Of a DNA stretch of 64,000 nt, positions 1 to 11,699 are shown one piece after another. Position 1 is the first letter of the stretch. The number at the start of each line of letters is the position of its first letter. Origin of the DNA: the human T2T-CHM13v2.0 reference genome, Homo sapiens. The stretch lies in the NCBI RefSeq assembly GCF_009914755.1, contig NC_060934.1; one strand, 5' to 3'. The translations under genes were made by a program, and so were the position numbers. The notes below the pieces were generated by a model. It ran no database searches. It saw only the letters and a program-made list of their open reading frames with translations, and had not been told where the DNA came from.

Positions 1-1019
1 TTGTCCAGGGTGCATAACTGTATCAAATACTCCTGCTATCAAAGCTTTATTTCCTTAAAAGGCAAAGATAATATGGGCTGGGTATTCTTTTCCTACACAT
101 AATTCATTTAAGTCAGAAATGTTCTCAAATGGCTTCTTTTTTTTACTGCTTGCCAAGTTTACGTGCACCATGATCCAAGAAGATATAAATTACCATTGGG
201 AGAAGGGGGCAAGGCTGTTCCCTCCCATGGCACAAACACCGAGATTTCATTTTCCTGATACTTTTATTTTGCTGCTAATAAAATTGGGTGGTTAAACCTC
301 CATGGTGGAGTATGAATATAACACCAGAGTTAAGCTCTAACACCAGCAAAAACTCTATTAAAATGTTGCCCCAGAGACTGTAAATTTGAATTCTGGCACC
401 ACGGGTCCGGTTGGGCCTGAAAACTAAGGAGAGGAAGTTCCTAAGTCTTGCTGAACAGGCCACACAGAAGGACTTTTTTTTTTTTCCTTTAGACTAATTT
501 CCTCATGGAGAAGAAAATAATAAGGAAGTAGAAAGGCCTCAGAATTCTGGACTGAATTACGAGAAGAAATGAGCTGCAAAGAAGCAGAGGATGGGTCTGG
601 GGCACATGAGCTTCCCCTGGATGGGTCAACCCCACAGGTCAGGAACACAGGAAGGAAAGAAATGCAGACGGTGTTCTGTGACATGGACTAAAATGGATCT
701 TACTGAAAAGTGCTGCTTTCAGGAAGATGAAAGCAATCCACTCTGGGGGAAAAGCAACGTCATTGGACAGAGTCATGAGCTGGGGAGCAGTACATTGGGG
801 CTCTAGAACCAGCCCTGACTTCATCACAGCAGCCACGAACCAGCAGAGCCTGCTTCCTCATCCACTAGATGTGATCATGGCGCAAGGTGATGGAGAAGCT
901 CACGACTTCAAAACATATATATGTATTCCAGTGCTTTGGGATTCCTGACATGCCTAGGAGAAGGTAGTTTATGAACATGGCAAATGCTTTAAATTAGTGT
1001 TTGTAGGATTAACTTATTC

Positions 1020-2200
1020 TTAATGCTAGAAATTTCCTTTAAAAAATGGACTGGAGATAAAAAAAATCAGTTGTATACTTTTATCAGTGACAAAGGATTA
1101 GAAACTTTCCTTTGCAAACATAACATTTGTAATACCAACAAAGTCTCAAGAATTCTAAAAAGAAGCATAACAAAACAAAATTTAATAGACTTGGCTTGCA
1201 TTTTATATTGCATAAACAATAGCATGAAAATCGGTCAAAATCTCTTAAAACCGGTGAAAATTTTTTTAAAATACTGTAACAGACTTGAAAACTAATGGTC
1301 AACATAAAAGTAAGAACAAATGAGAAGGCAGGTGATAATTGACAGCCAGGTTATCAAACTTCTTCTGGTCTTGGAGTGAAGGCACTAACAATATTCCTGC
1401 TCCAGTGCACTTGCAGAACAACTGCTCAATATACATTTTACTAACACAATCAATGAATTTAGCAAAGATGTGTTTAAGAAGAGAGTATTTGAGGATTAGG
1501 AGCAGGTTTTAGAAATGAAATGGAGGATAAGCTAACAAATCTATCAGAAATAAGATCAACAACTTAAAATTTAAACCAATCTTGAGCATATATTTGAACT
1601 TGGATATGCAGAAATGGTGCACAAGTCCCCGAGGTTCAATGATGCACTTGGAGGATCAACAGCCCTATAGACAGTTAAATTACTCGGAAAGCCAGGGAAT
1701 TTATCAAACATGAATTTCAAAGTGGAGTCTGGCCTCCAGGAAAAATGGAAGTCCCCATTAATGTACATACAAAATAAATGTTGTCTGCAAGCTCTTTCTG
1801 CTATTTATTTTTTGACCACAAATTGGCTAAAGGTTTTTACAATTTCCGTAAAGTGGGACAAAGAGTTCTCTCCCTTTGATAGAAGTAATCTGGGTACAAG
1901 TTGTGTAAAACTATTTACAGATACTAAAAATGTAACTGTTGGCCTGACAGGTACAACACAAAGCAATAATTTGCACCATTCCCCATTTCTTGGTGCATTA
2001 TTTATAACCAACTCCAATTTGAGAATGTTAACATTAAATAGGCTTCACACATGGAGGAAATTTCTGCAAACCCGTCATACATTATGAATGAAAATTATAA
2101 CAGCTCTGCTAAAATATATTGAAGCAGATGGGCTGGAATACAGTGAACACAGAAGTATGTGATTGCAGAAATGTAGACAATATTGAGCGCATGATCTCAA
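1020..2200 (+). mobile_element. Probable decayed hAT-family DNA transposase fossil
   Basis: AT-rich region with broken + frames. LIDLACILYCINNSMK (ORF 1023-1295) resembles the hAT CxxH region; NSN...TRHTL*MKIITALL (~2010-2115) resembles the hAT C-terminal dimerisation motif (SNA.ER.FS...RNRL....ALL). Matched by eye only. Confidence 0.4.
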
Positions 2201-3829
2201 TGCTTATTTCATTGATCAAAAGAAATGTTAACTTCATCTACTGTTGACAGATAATTTGTCAAAACATGTTTTAAATAACAGAACATTTCATCGCTAAGGT
2301 GGCTCAGGAAATTAGTGCTTGGTCTGTGTGCCACAGGACTTGGGCCTGAGCTGCTCCCGAGGAAAGAGGTTGAGCGTCCTCTGTGAGAAGACAAGACCCA
2401 AACCCAGGGGGAGGAAGGAGGATGGACAGGCTGGGCTGGAGGTGGGTGTGGAGGGGCCTCACCCCACACAGTAACGCCCAGCTTCCAGGCTTCCTTGCCC
2501 AAAGAGAGTCATCATCTGAAAGAGCAGGGCTTCCTCTTCTGGAAGACGGCTCCTCCAGGTCCAGATGTGCCAAGCCTTGCAGATATACCCAGGAACGCAC
2601 ACCTTCACACGCTTTGGTCCTGCACCAGAGGAAATCACTCCGGCTTTTCTCTCTGATTCAGGCTTTCCATTCCCTTGGGTCTCCAATTTTGTTTTGACTT
2701 CTATAAACTGAGTCCTTCTAATTGAACAGACTTTGTTTTCCCTCTAATCTCAGAGCTTCTGCTCGATAGCTGACCAGCTGAGAAAGCCACAAACCTCACA
2801 GGTCCCAACATTCAAACCCCACTCCATCCATATCTAACAGTGCCCAGTAGCCACAAGCCATCTGACCTAATATCACAATTCACATGGCCTGCTTCCCATG
2901 GCGGGCTCTTCATAGGTCCTTGTCATGGTCACCCTCTTATATGCAGATGGTTGAGAGGAGGTCACCTCTCCAGGCCTCCCCTTTCTTGAAAAAACAGGTG
3001 ATTGAAAAAGATTTTCTGAAATGATCCTTCTGTCCTAGTGCCTGTTTTTTAAAGTTGGCCTCCACCTCCCCTGGTACTTGCATGTACTAAGTAGCGTCCC
3101 CTTTTCAAAGATGGGGAAATGGAAGCAGATTTACAGCTGTCATCATGCAATGCAAGAAACAGCACTCAGGCAGCCTGCAGCGGGATTGTTGGCCTGGACC
3201 ATGCCCGACATCCACAGCTGCCCTCATGCCATAAGCAGTCCTGCTCATCAGGGTTGGGATGTCCTTTTGCTCTCCTTGCGGGCAAGGGCTTAAAATGAAC
3301 CCCTTTTCTGGGGTGCCTGGGCCTGACTGTAGACATTTCACAGAAATGAGCACACATGGTCCTCAGTGCCAATGAATGCACCAGCCCCCAAGGCCAGCAC
3401 AGCGTGGTAAAGCATCAGATCTCTGGCTCTGCATGCCCCGCCGCTGAGCCTCAGCCCAAGCACACTGCAGATCCACCCGTCACCAACAGGATCTCAAGCA
3501 GCAACTGCAGGCTGGAGTTCGCTCAAAGTATGTGTTGGGAGAAGGCAGCCGTTTGTAGGGAGTGGGAGCCTGGAAAGGGGTCTCACCCATCCCCCATCCC
3601 CCACCCTGCACACACCAGATGCCCAGAGACCCCGAGAGCCCCTGCTCTGCCCCACCCCGACCCCCAGCAGTGGGACCAAGAGGTGTGGTTCCCTCAGGTC
3701 TGCTCCTCCCAGTTCCCTTTGGACCACCCTCTCCCACTGTGCCACGCAGGACCCTTGATGTGCAGACTCCCGGGGCTGGGGGCAGTTCTCAGCACTGCAG
3801 CCCTCAAGAATCCCCCACTAATAAGCACT

Positions 3830-4200
3830 GTGTCCACTTCCTGTGGCTGCAATAACAAATACCACAGACTGGGGGCTTCAACAACAGAAATTTACCCTCT
3901 CCCAGTTCTGGAGGCTGGAAGTCCAAGACCAAGTTGTTGGCAGGTCACCTCCTTCTGTGCCTCTCTCCTTGGCCTGGGGGTGTCTGTCTCCTGCATCTTC
4001 ATGTGGCCATCCCTCTGTGTGTGGTCTGTGCCCTAATCTCTTCTTATAAGGACACCAGTCATAGTGGATTAGGGCCCACCCATATGACCTCATTTTACCT
4101 TAAGTACCTTTTTAATGGCCTTATTTCCAAATGCAGTCACACTCTGAGGTCCTGCGGGCTAGGACTCCGCCATATGAATTTGCAGCAGGGTCAGGCACAG
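3830..4200 (-). mobile_element. MLT1B/C-type MaLR solo LTR
   Basis: Reverse complement of MLT1 hallmarks: cttataaggacaccagtcat..ggattagggcccacc, cagttctggaggctggaagtccaag, ataacaaataccacagactgg. Confidence 0.9.
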
Positions 4201-4394
4201 CAGAGTCAAGTCCCACTCCCTTCCTAGAAGTGAGTAGCTCTCTAGCTTGTTTATGCCTCAGAAAGTTCATTGCCAGCATTCTCAGTTGGAAACTACATCT
4301 GCCCAGACATGACAAGTGATAATGCCACAGCTACGGGAGGAATTGGAGGGAATTCTACCCCAAACAAACACGACAACCTGGTGGGCATATTTCA

Positions 4395-4595
4395 CTGCAC
4401 AAAGCCCTCTCACATGCACTGGAGTCTTTGATCCTCCAACTCACTCTGGAAGGGAGGCTGGGGAGGTATTAATCAATGAATACAGATTAATTTATGAGAT
4501 GGCGAGATGCAGAGTAAGTTGCCCAAGGTCACACAGCTAATTACGGCCCAAGTCTTGTGACGCCAAGAACATACTCCTTCCACCACACCTCGCTG
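4395..4595 (-). mobile_element. MIR SINE
   Basis: MIR core gttgcccaaggtcacacagcta at ~4518-4539. Confidence 0.75.
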
Positions 4596-5316
4596 TCCCC
4601 TGTGCAATAGGGGATGCCTGGAATACGATTTCACAGCAGTTCCTTCAAGTTAAAATGCGTTTATCATCTTACATAAGTTATGACCCCAACCTTCCCACAA
4701 GAAGATCGTATCACAATAAAAAACACACATCGCGCAGGTGGCTAACATGATTTATTAAATTTTCTCAATTTCATGTATTAGGAAGTTCCTCCGCACAGGA
4801 AAATTTCCTAAATATTGAAAACATATGTACATAGGACAAAGCTCAGGGAAAAGGGCTTATTATAACACATCACACATAATAAATGTTTTTTAACAAAGTC
4901 TGTATGAACTTTCCATATTAATCAAAAGTGAATGCTGCATGATTCTGTATAATTAACCAGGAAGTCATATTACAAGTGATAAATATCACAGACAATAAAG
5001 TGAAGCGAACGAATATTGACCTTAAGTGCTCATTAATAATGCAGGGTTTTTGATGGTCCACAATGCAATTATTACTCAGTTAATTGAAGGGTCAAATTTC
5101 CCAAAGATTATTAATTAGACTTACAGTGGCCTGTTCATTGGAGGTTTAATAAATGCCAAAAAGGCCCCTTTAGGCTTCCTTAATGTCTGAATCAGAACCT
5201 CAGTCCTTTGAGTTCCTGCTGTCCTTGCAAAAGCTATGGACTTGAGAAAAGAAACAGTCTGTGTTGAGAGCGAGCCCCTGAGATTTTCTGGTGCTCCCTA
5301 GAAAAAGAGGTGCCTA

Positions 5317-5520
5317 ACCAGCCTGGGTAACAGTGAGACCCTCGCTCTCCAAAAATAAAAATTAGCCAGGCATGGTGGCGTGTGCCTGTAGTCCCAGCTC
5401 CTTGGGAGGCTGAGGTTGGAGGATCACTTGAGCCCAGGAGTTCAGTGAGATGTGATGGCACCACTGCACTGTAGCCTGGGTGACAGAGCCAGACCCTGCT
5501 AGAAAAAAAAAAAAAACAAA
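5317..5520 (+). mobile_element. 5'-truncated AluJ
   Basis: accagcctgggtaac...aaaattagccaggcatggtgg...ggaggatcacttgagcccaggag, followed by a poly-A tail. Confidence 0.9.
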
Positions 5521-5529
5521 TAAAGCAAC

Positions 5530-5742
5530 GGAAGGAAGGAAGGAAGGAAGGGAGGGAGGGAAGAAAGGAGGGAAGGAAGGAAGGAGGGAGAAAGGGAGAG
5601 AGGAAGGGAGGGAAGGAAGGAGGGAAGGAGAAAGGGAGGGAAAGAAGGGAAGGAAGGGAGGGCAGGAGGGAAGGAGGGAAGGAAGGAGGGAAGGAAGGAA
5701 GGAAGGAAGGAAGGAAGGAAGGAAGGAAGGAAGGAAGGAAAA
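5530..5742 (+). repeat. GGAA/GGGA microsatellite next to the Alu tail
   Basis: Purine-only except one C at 5663; perfect (GGAA)13 at 5689-5740. Confidence 0.97.
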
Positions 5743-5836
5743 CTCATGACAAAGATAAGCTTTGGGGAGCCCTGAGTGGGAGTTCAAGAAGAGGGGCCAT
5801 CTCAGCCACATTCAAAGGGGAGCAGCTGAACAGGCA

Positions 5837-5904
5837 GCACAAGGCTGTCTCTGCTGCCCCTCGACACGATGCACAAGGCCGTCTCTGCTGCCCCTGGACA
5901 CAAT
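5837..5904. repeat. 34-bp two-copy tandem duplication
   Basis: gcacaaggctgtctctgctgcccctcgacacgat / gcacaaggccgtctctgctgcccctggacacaat, 3 mismatches. Confidence 0.9.
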
Positions 5905-6829
5905 GTCTCGCAGCCTCGTCAGCATCTGGAGCTCCTGGAGGTTCACTGCCCCCAGAAGTGATGGATTTTAGACACCTAAGAAAGGTTATGATAGCACTCA
6001 AGGAAATTCACAAAATGACTTCGAATTTAGGAGATATGGGAAAGATGAGACAAAATATCTTCTTGCAAGTCAAAATTGTCCATAGTCTATCTCCTTTGCT
6101 GTGTCTTTTTGACTAAGTTCCTAATGACTTGAGCAAATTCAGAACTTCCCTACAGCTGCAGCAATCTCACCTCCTGACCTTAGTAATTAAGACCTCCTCA
6201 AGTAGGACCAGGTGTCATTTGGTACAACCCCCAGCAAGCAACACGGCAAACACACCTGCGACTCCTGGTCTTGAGTCCTGGTGAGGACTCCCGAGCCCAG
6301 ATGCCTCCTTCACTCCCAGTGCCAACTTCACCCTCATCGGCTCCTCGAACCTCAGCTAAACTACCACCTGGCCCCAAAAATGTCACTCGATCTCAAATCT
6401 CAGCACCACCTCCTGCTCTGTACTCAACAGCACTTCCTGGCCTCTCCTGGATGGCAGCTGCCTAGACCACACACACGGGTACCATCTTCCTTCCACCTCC
6501 CTACAGACTGGGAGCGACTTACAGAGTGAGATTGGGTGCCCCTCACCCCTCTATCTCCACACAGCCCAGCCCAACTCCCACAAGCGTTGGAGAAATGCTT
6601 GCTGAGTGGGAGGTGTGGGTGGGGAAGGAGGGGCCCTGTGCCCCCTCCAGAAACCGCACGGCCAGGTGGAATGGGGCACAGACAAGTTCAAGCCCCTGGT
6701 CCACACAGAGCAGGTGCAGGTAGGATGGGGAGAGAGAGAGCAGCGGCCAGGTGGGACCCCAGGAGAAGCCAGGAAGAGCAGAAGAGGCTCACCTGGAGAG
6801 TCAAAAAGGGCTTGGGCCTGTAGGATAGC

Positions 6830-7225
6830 ATGAAATTGAAAACTGCCAAAATGCCCAACAATAAAGGATGGGTTAAATAAAGATGGTGCACACATTCCAC
6901 AAAATACTGTAAAATCATGTGATAGCAAGCATAAAACAGCACACGCGGCTTAACCACCGTCCTATACGCACGGAGGGCTGACTGCATATGTGAAGGTGAA
7001 GGAGGCCACAGGAGTTCTGACTGTGTGGTGGGATCAGAGGTGATTTTTTTTTTTTTTTTTTGAGACAGAGTCTCACTCTGTCACCCAGGCTGGAATGCAG
7101 TGGCATGATCTTGGCTCTTGGCTCACTGAAACCTCCGCCTCCTTGGTTCAAGCAATTCTCCTGCACGGGCGATTTTTTTATTTTGCAATTTCTGCTTTTC
7201 TGTATGTTCCAAATTCTCTAGACTG
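6830..7225 (+). mobile_element. L1ME-type 3' end fragment, interrupted by an Alu fragment
   Basis: aaatgcccaacaataaaggatgggttaaataaa, then ggtgggatcagaggtgattttt / tctgcttttctgtatgttccaaattctcta, typical of L1ME 3' UTR. Confidence 0.65.
7044..7164 (-). mobile_element. Short 5'-truncated Alu (end of right arm)
   Basis: Poly-T then gagacagagtctcactctgtcacccaggctgg...caagcaattctcctgc; probable TSD gg(t/c)gattttttt on both sides. Confidence 0.9.
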
Positions 7226-9509
7226 AATATACGATGTTAAAGAGGAGGAGGCATGAGCGATAGGACCTGCTCCTGGCTGTGTCTGGGCCACGAGATCGCT
7301 GTGAAAATCCAAGGGCCTGGTTGCCTGCTCCATGCCGAAGTGTAAGCAGCATCCACGGACCCAGAAGTCGGGAAAGGCCGGGGCTGCCCCGACGGCCTGC
7401 GACGGGAGCAGTGCCTCCACAGCACGTGAAAGAGAGAGGCCTTCACAAAAGGCAAAGGAAGGGCAGGGACCCAGCCTCCACTGGCTCCTTCCTCCTTCCT
7501 CTGCTTCTTCTTCCTCCTCAGTCCAGAACCAAACCCAAACCAGAGGCCAATCGATGAGTCACGGGGCTGCACCTTCCACCATCCTCACTGACCTCCTTCC
7601 TGGTCTGCCTATTCTCAAGAGCATCACCCCCGAATCCTGCAGGACGCAGACCTGAGCCCAGAGCGCCGCCCAAGAGCGCCTTCTCATTCCCCACCCTCGT
7701 CTCCCCCAGCCTGAGCACATCATGTCTATCATGGTCCAGTCTGAAGCAGTGACCCGGAGGTGAAAATTCCGTGTCCCAGGATCAAACCCGTGGGCCAGCC
7801 AGTCACCTTTATTTATGGGTCCTGTAAAAAGAGCCCGCTGCAAATTTCCACTCCGCCCTCCGATGCCCACTAATGAGATCTCATTTAATATGGACATATT
7901 TCCACATTTTGGGGGACCAGCTACTTCTCCCCCATTCAGGAAAGCCAGGGAAGCTTTGCAGATGCTGTTACAGGGCAGAAGGGACCACAGTGCTCCGGGG
8001 GGTGCAAGCGAAGGACCCTCTTTAGTGGCACTAAGCACCCTCATGCCCATCAGTAGCATCAGATTTCAAGCCGAAGCCAAACCAGAAGAAATTGCATCCC
8101 AGCAGCGCTATATTTTATGTCTTGTTTTTATTTCCTTTACTTGTCTTTCAGTGTAAACAGTCGATGTTGTTCCAAGAGGTCAGTTTTATATGCCGGAGCA
8201 CCACCAAACTATTTAGGTTTAAACTGACACTACTGTTTAAGACCCAGTAATTTTCAGAACATATGATTTACTGTCGCAGCACTCCATAAGACTCATTTCA
8301 TACCTCCAAGAAGAACTAGTCAAAGTGTTAAATAAACATGAAGGCTGTGTCTTGTTTTCCTTCCAAAAGTGCAAACACTGTGTGAGTCTAATGATTAAAT
8401 ACTGCTCGACACACACGCAAGTGACTAGTTCACAGTTGCTTCTTTCCTGTGGCTTCATTTTATGTATTAATTATTTTGTGTTCAGACAAAGACTTTAATT
8501 AGGAGTCATAAAGAGTTTCTGAAGAGTGAGTAAGTAGTTTCATCTGCATTAAACTGATAATAAACAGACATTTCTAAAGCAAGGAGCTGCCCATATGCGA
8601 GCCTTAACTAAGCCTGAATCTATTAACCACTAACTAAACTCAGCCTCATAAAATATGGTTTGGGGATGTTACATGACAGCAAAAATGATTCAGATTGCCT
8701 GTAGGTCCTTAAAGAGGAAATAAATTAATTGAACTTTGGTAGATATTAAAGGTTGCGACTTGCCTCTGAATGTGAACAATTCAACCAATATTATCCTAGG
8801 CTCCTAGCACTGATTATTAAAAATTGTTTGATTCTTCAACATGACAGTACAAAAGCAAAAACATTTAAATATAATGGCTTTTTAAGGACAAGAGGCAAAT
8901 ATATGTGCATTTGATTACAATGAATCTGGGAAAAAAAAAAAGGAAGTCGAGAAAGTTAAGGCTGCCCATTAAGCTGAAACTCCAGTCTCCACTCTTCAAA
9001 ACAGGAATGTCAGCAATGTCCCTCCAATAAAGGCCCTGAGAAGCCAGGCACCATGGTGGGAAGGGCCCTCCTCAGCTGCCTGCATTCAGGAGGTAGGATT
9101 CTGAACACTCAGGCAGCCTCCCTTCTCCAGACACTCCCAAAAGATGCCTGGTACCACTGCTGTCAGTCAACAGCGCCTACAGTCCAGGGCCCAGGGGTGA
9201 GTGTGTGCTCACTTTTATTTTCAGCTTTATTTTGCATCTGCTCACACTCCAAGACCTGGTGCTATCCAGTTTGCCAATTGCTTGTCAGGTGCTGTTTTCT
9301 GGTGTTATAAATTCTTAGAACCCAGTTAATCTTTAAAAGGTGTTTTCTCCAAAGGTCTTCAGAGTTGGTGGTTATCTTAACCTCAACTGCCTGTGCAACT
9401 TTTAGGTTGGGACATAGGGATCACCTGCCCTTTCCCTGAAGTCCTAAATTTCCCTTAAGGACGTGCAACCCCACTCACTTCAGAGTCTACGCTGACCCGC
9501 AGTGTGGCC

Positions 9510-9660
9510 ACTGTCTACTATGAACCCTTGAGACAAATAATTCAACATCAGCTTCATCATCTGTAAAAAGCAAATCATAGCCCCCACCATCTGGGACCAT
9601 AGTAAAGATGAAATGAGATGATGTAGAAGGAGGCCATCACAGAGCCTAACTCAACTCAAC
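9510..9660 (+). mobile_element. MIR SINE
   Basis: cagcttcatcatctgtaaaa...aagatgaaatgagatgatgta. Confidence 0.65.
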
Positions 9661-10098
9661 AAATGTGTGTCTCCTCAAATTCTCATGATGGACCACCTGC
9701 CTACAATTTAGACACGTACAGGAGCATACACGTCTGGAGCATATACGTCTGGAGTAGTCTCCAGTTCCTCCATGCCTGTGAATGCATCCTACAGAAATAA
9801 TCTCACAAGCACGGGCCGATAATGAAGACAGAGGCCCATGGCAGCCGTTTTCTCAAGGTGGAAGACTGGAAGCAACCTAAGTGGCCATCAGGTGGGGCCT
9901 GGGAAAGAGAAAATCACAGTGCATTCATGCTGTGCATGCCCTGTGGCTGGGAAGAAAATGTGCTTGCAAGAAATAACATCCCAGTGAGGGGGGAAAAGCA
10001 CATTTTCAAATCAGCGCGTGTAGCAGGATCCTCTTTTACTAGGATAGAAAAGACGAAAAGAGAGACAGACAGACAGCTGATGGAAATGCACTCATATA

Positions 10099-10329
10099 TT
10101 GTTGATCCCTGAACCACACAGGTTTGAACTATGCAGTTCCACGTATAGGAGGATTTTTGTTCAGCCAAAGGCAGAGTAGGGATGTGAAGCAGAAGGACAC
10201 AGAGGGTTGACTTGTCCTAAGCGTGCGTTCCGCAGGGTGGACTGCAGCAGTCAAGAATTGGAGCACGCGCAGATTTCAGTTATGAGAGGGTCGCGGAACC
10301 AATCTCCTGTGTATACTGAGGGACAACTG
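10099..10329 (-). mobile_element. MER8 (TcMar-Tigger MITE)
   Basis: Ends gttgatccctgaaccacacaggtttgaact... and ...ggaaccaatctcctgtgtatactgagggacaactg match the reverse complement of MER8; length ~230 bp. Confidence 0.85.
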
Positions 10330-11443
10330 GACACACACAGACAGAAAATGAACTTTTACTTTTCATTTACACCTTTTGTCTTGTATAAAGTTTCTATTTA
10401 TGATTTAAAGCCAAAAGAAAGTGTCCCTATAGTTCAAGGAAAATCTTTGCACCTGTCCCCTAACAGAGAGAGAACAAGTCCAATGTGGAAAATGCTACTA
10501 CGTTACACCAAGGGAAAGGGGAGAGGAGAGGGGAGGGGAGGAGAATGGGAACACCACAGACCAAAAGCCAGGTCATGATGCCTTCTGTTCACATATGGAT
10601 TTAAGACATGGTTAACTCTATATCGCTGTCTGCTTTGGGTCTGGGAGATGTTTCAGGACATGGGTAAGCCCCAACAACCCGCAGCATACGTGACTATGAA
10701 GAAACTAAGCATGGCACAGGCATAATTAGGAACTCAGAAGGGAGACCCAAAAAATCATAATAAATCTAATGCGATGGTGAATATACTCAGAAAATGTCAG
10801 CTGCCAAATATTTGCACTTCAAATTTCATCTCCAGTTGGGTGAAAATGTCTCCGGATCCCAGAACACTAGAATAAAACTCCATGCGGTTCCATTTTTATG
10901 GGTGAATCTGAAACCAGGTGGTTCTGGAAGGAGAGTTCCCACAGCCCTTGCCCTCCTGCGGTTTCTGGGGATGCTTAGAATGTTTTCCTAAAATGAAATT
11001 ACAAACATGAATCTCTTATATGCAAGCAAACTTTCATACTGAGCATGCCAATTACAGGCTTGTCATTTTCCCTTTGTAAACCCCAATCTTTAGCCATAAA
11101 AATGTGCTTATGATACAACTTTTTGAGCTCAAAAACTCAATTGGTTTTTTTGTGGGGTGGGGGAGAAGCAGGAATTTGAAAATGTCTTCTTAGCCATTTT
11201 AAGGGAAAACAATCAAACACAAATTAACCATTACTGGTCTTGATCATAATTCAGCAATTCTCTAACCTCAAATTATCTTTTAAAAAACATTAAATTGTAA
11301 TATAGTCTTTTCTAAAGGTAGGGGTAGAGGGTCTCCTGGAGACAGAGGAAAGAGAATGAGTGCATGTGGAGGGGAGCGAGGATTTTACAAAATAAAGCGA
11401 ATAAGGAGACATGGAAAGTGAGCTCACAAGGTTTGAGGATGAG

Positions 11444-11699
11444 CCCCCGGGCATACAGCTGACCAATCCACCCCTCCGAGCCGGGGCTGCCACGGCCCTG
11501 GGTGTACGGCTGACCAGTCCACCCCTCCGAGCCGGGGCTTCCACGGCCCTGGGTGTACGGCTGACCAATCCACTCCTCCGAGCCAGGGTTGCCACGGCCC
11601 TGGGTATACGGCTGACCAGTCCACCCCTCCAAGCCGGGGCTGCATGGCCCTGAGTGTACGGCTGACCAGTCCACCCCTCCGAGCCAGGGCTGCCATGGC
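11444..11699. repeat. 51-bp GC-rich minisatellite (VNTR), about 5 copies
   Basis: Unit gctgacca(a/g)tccacccctccgagccggggctgccacggccctgggtgtacg starts at 11458, 11509, 11560, 11611 and 11661 (one 1-bp deletion). Confidence 0.97.

Noticed and set aside
3356-4036. 226-aa ORF; similarly 12607-13242, 32757-33353 and 54589-55248
   Set aside because: This one runs into an MLT1 LTR; the others start in or span GC-rich, stop-poor sequence. None resembles a protein family I recognise.
6793-6817. 25-nt minus-strand exon-like segment reading AQALFDSP (SH3-like)
   Set aside because: Not a multiple of 3, acceptor abuts an L1 remnant, and the motif is too short to be meaningful.
11444-11699. CRISPR-like regular repeats
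   Set aside because: No unique spacers, no cas genes, and a eukaryotic context; this is a minisatellite.
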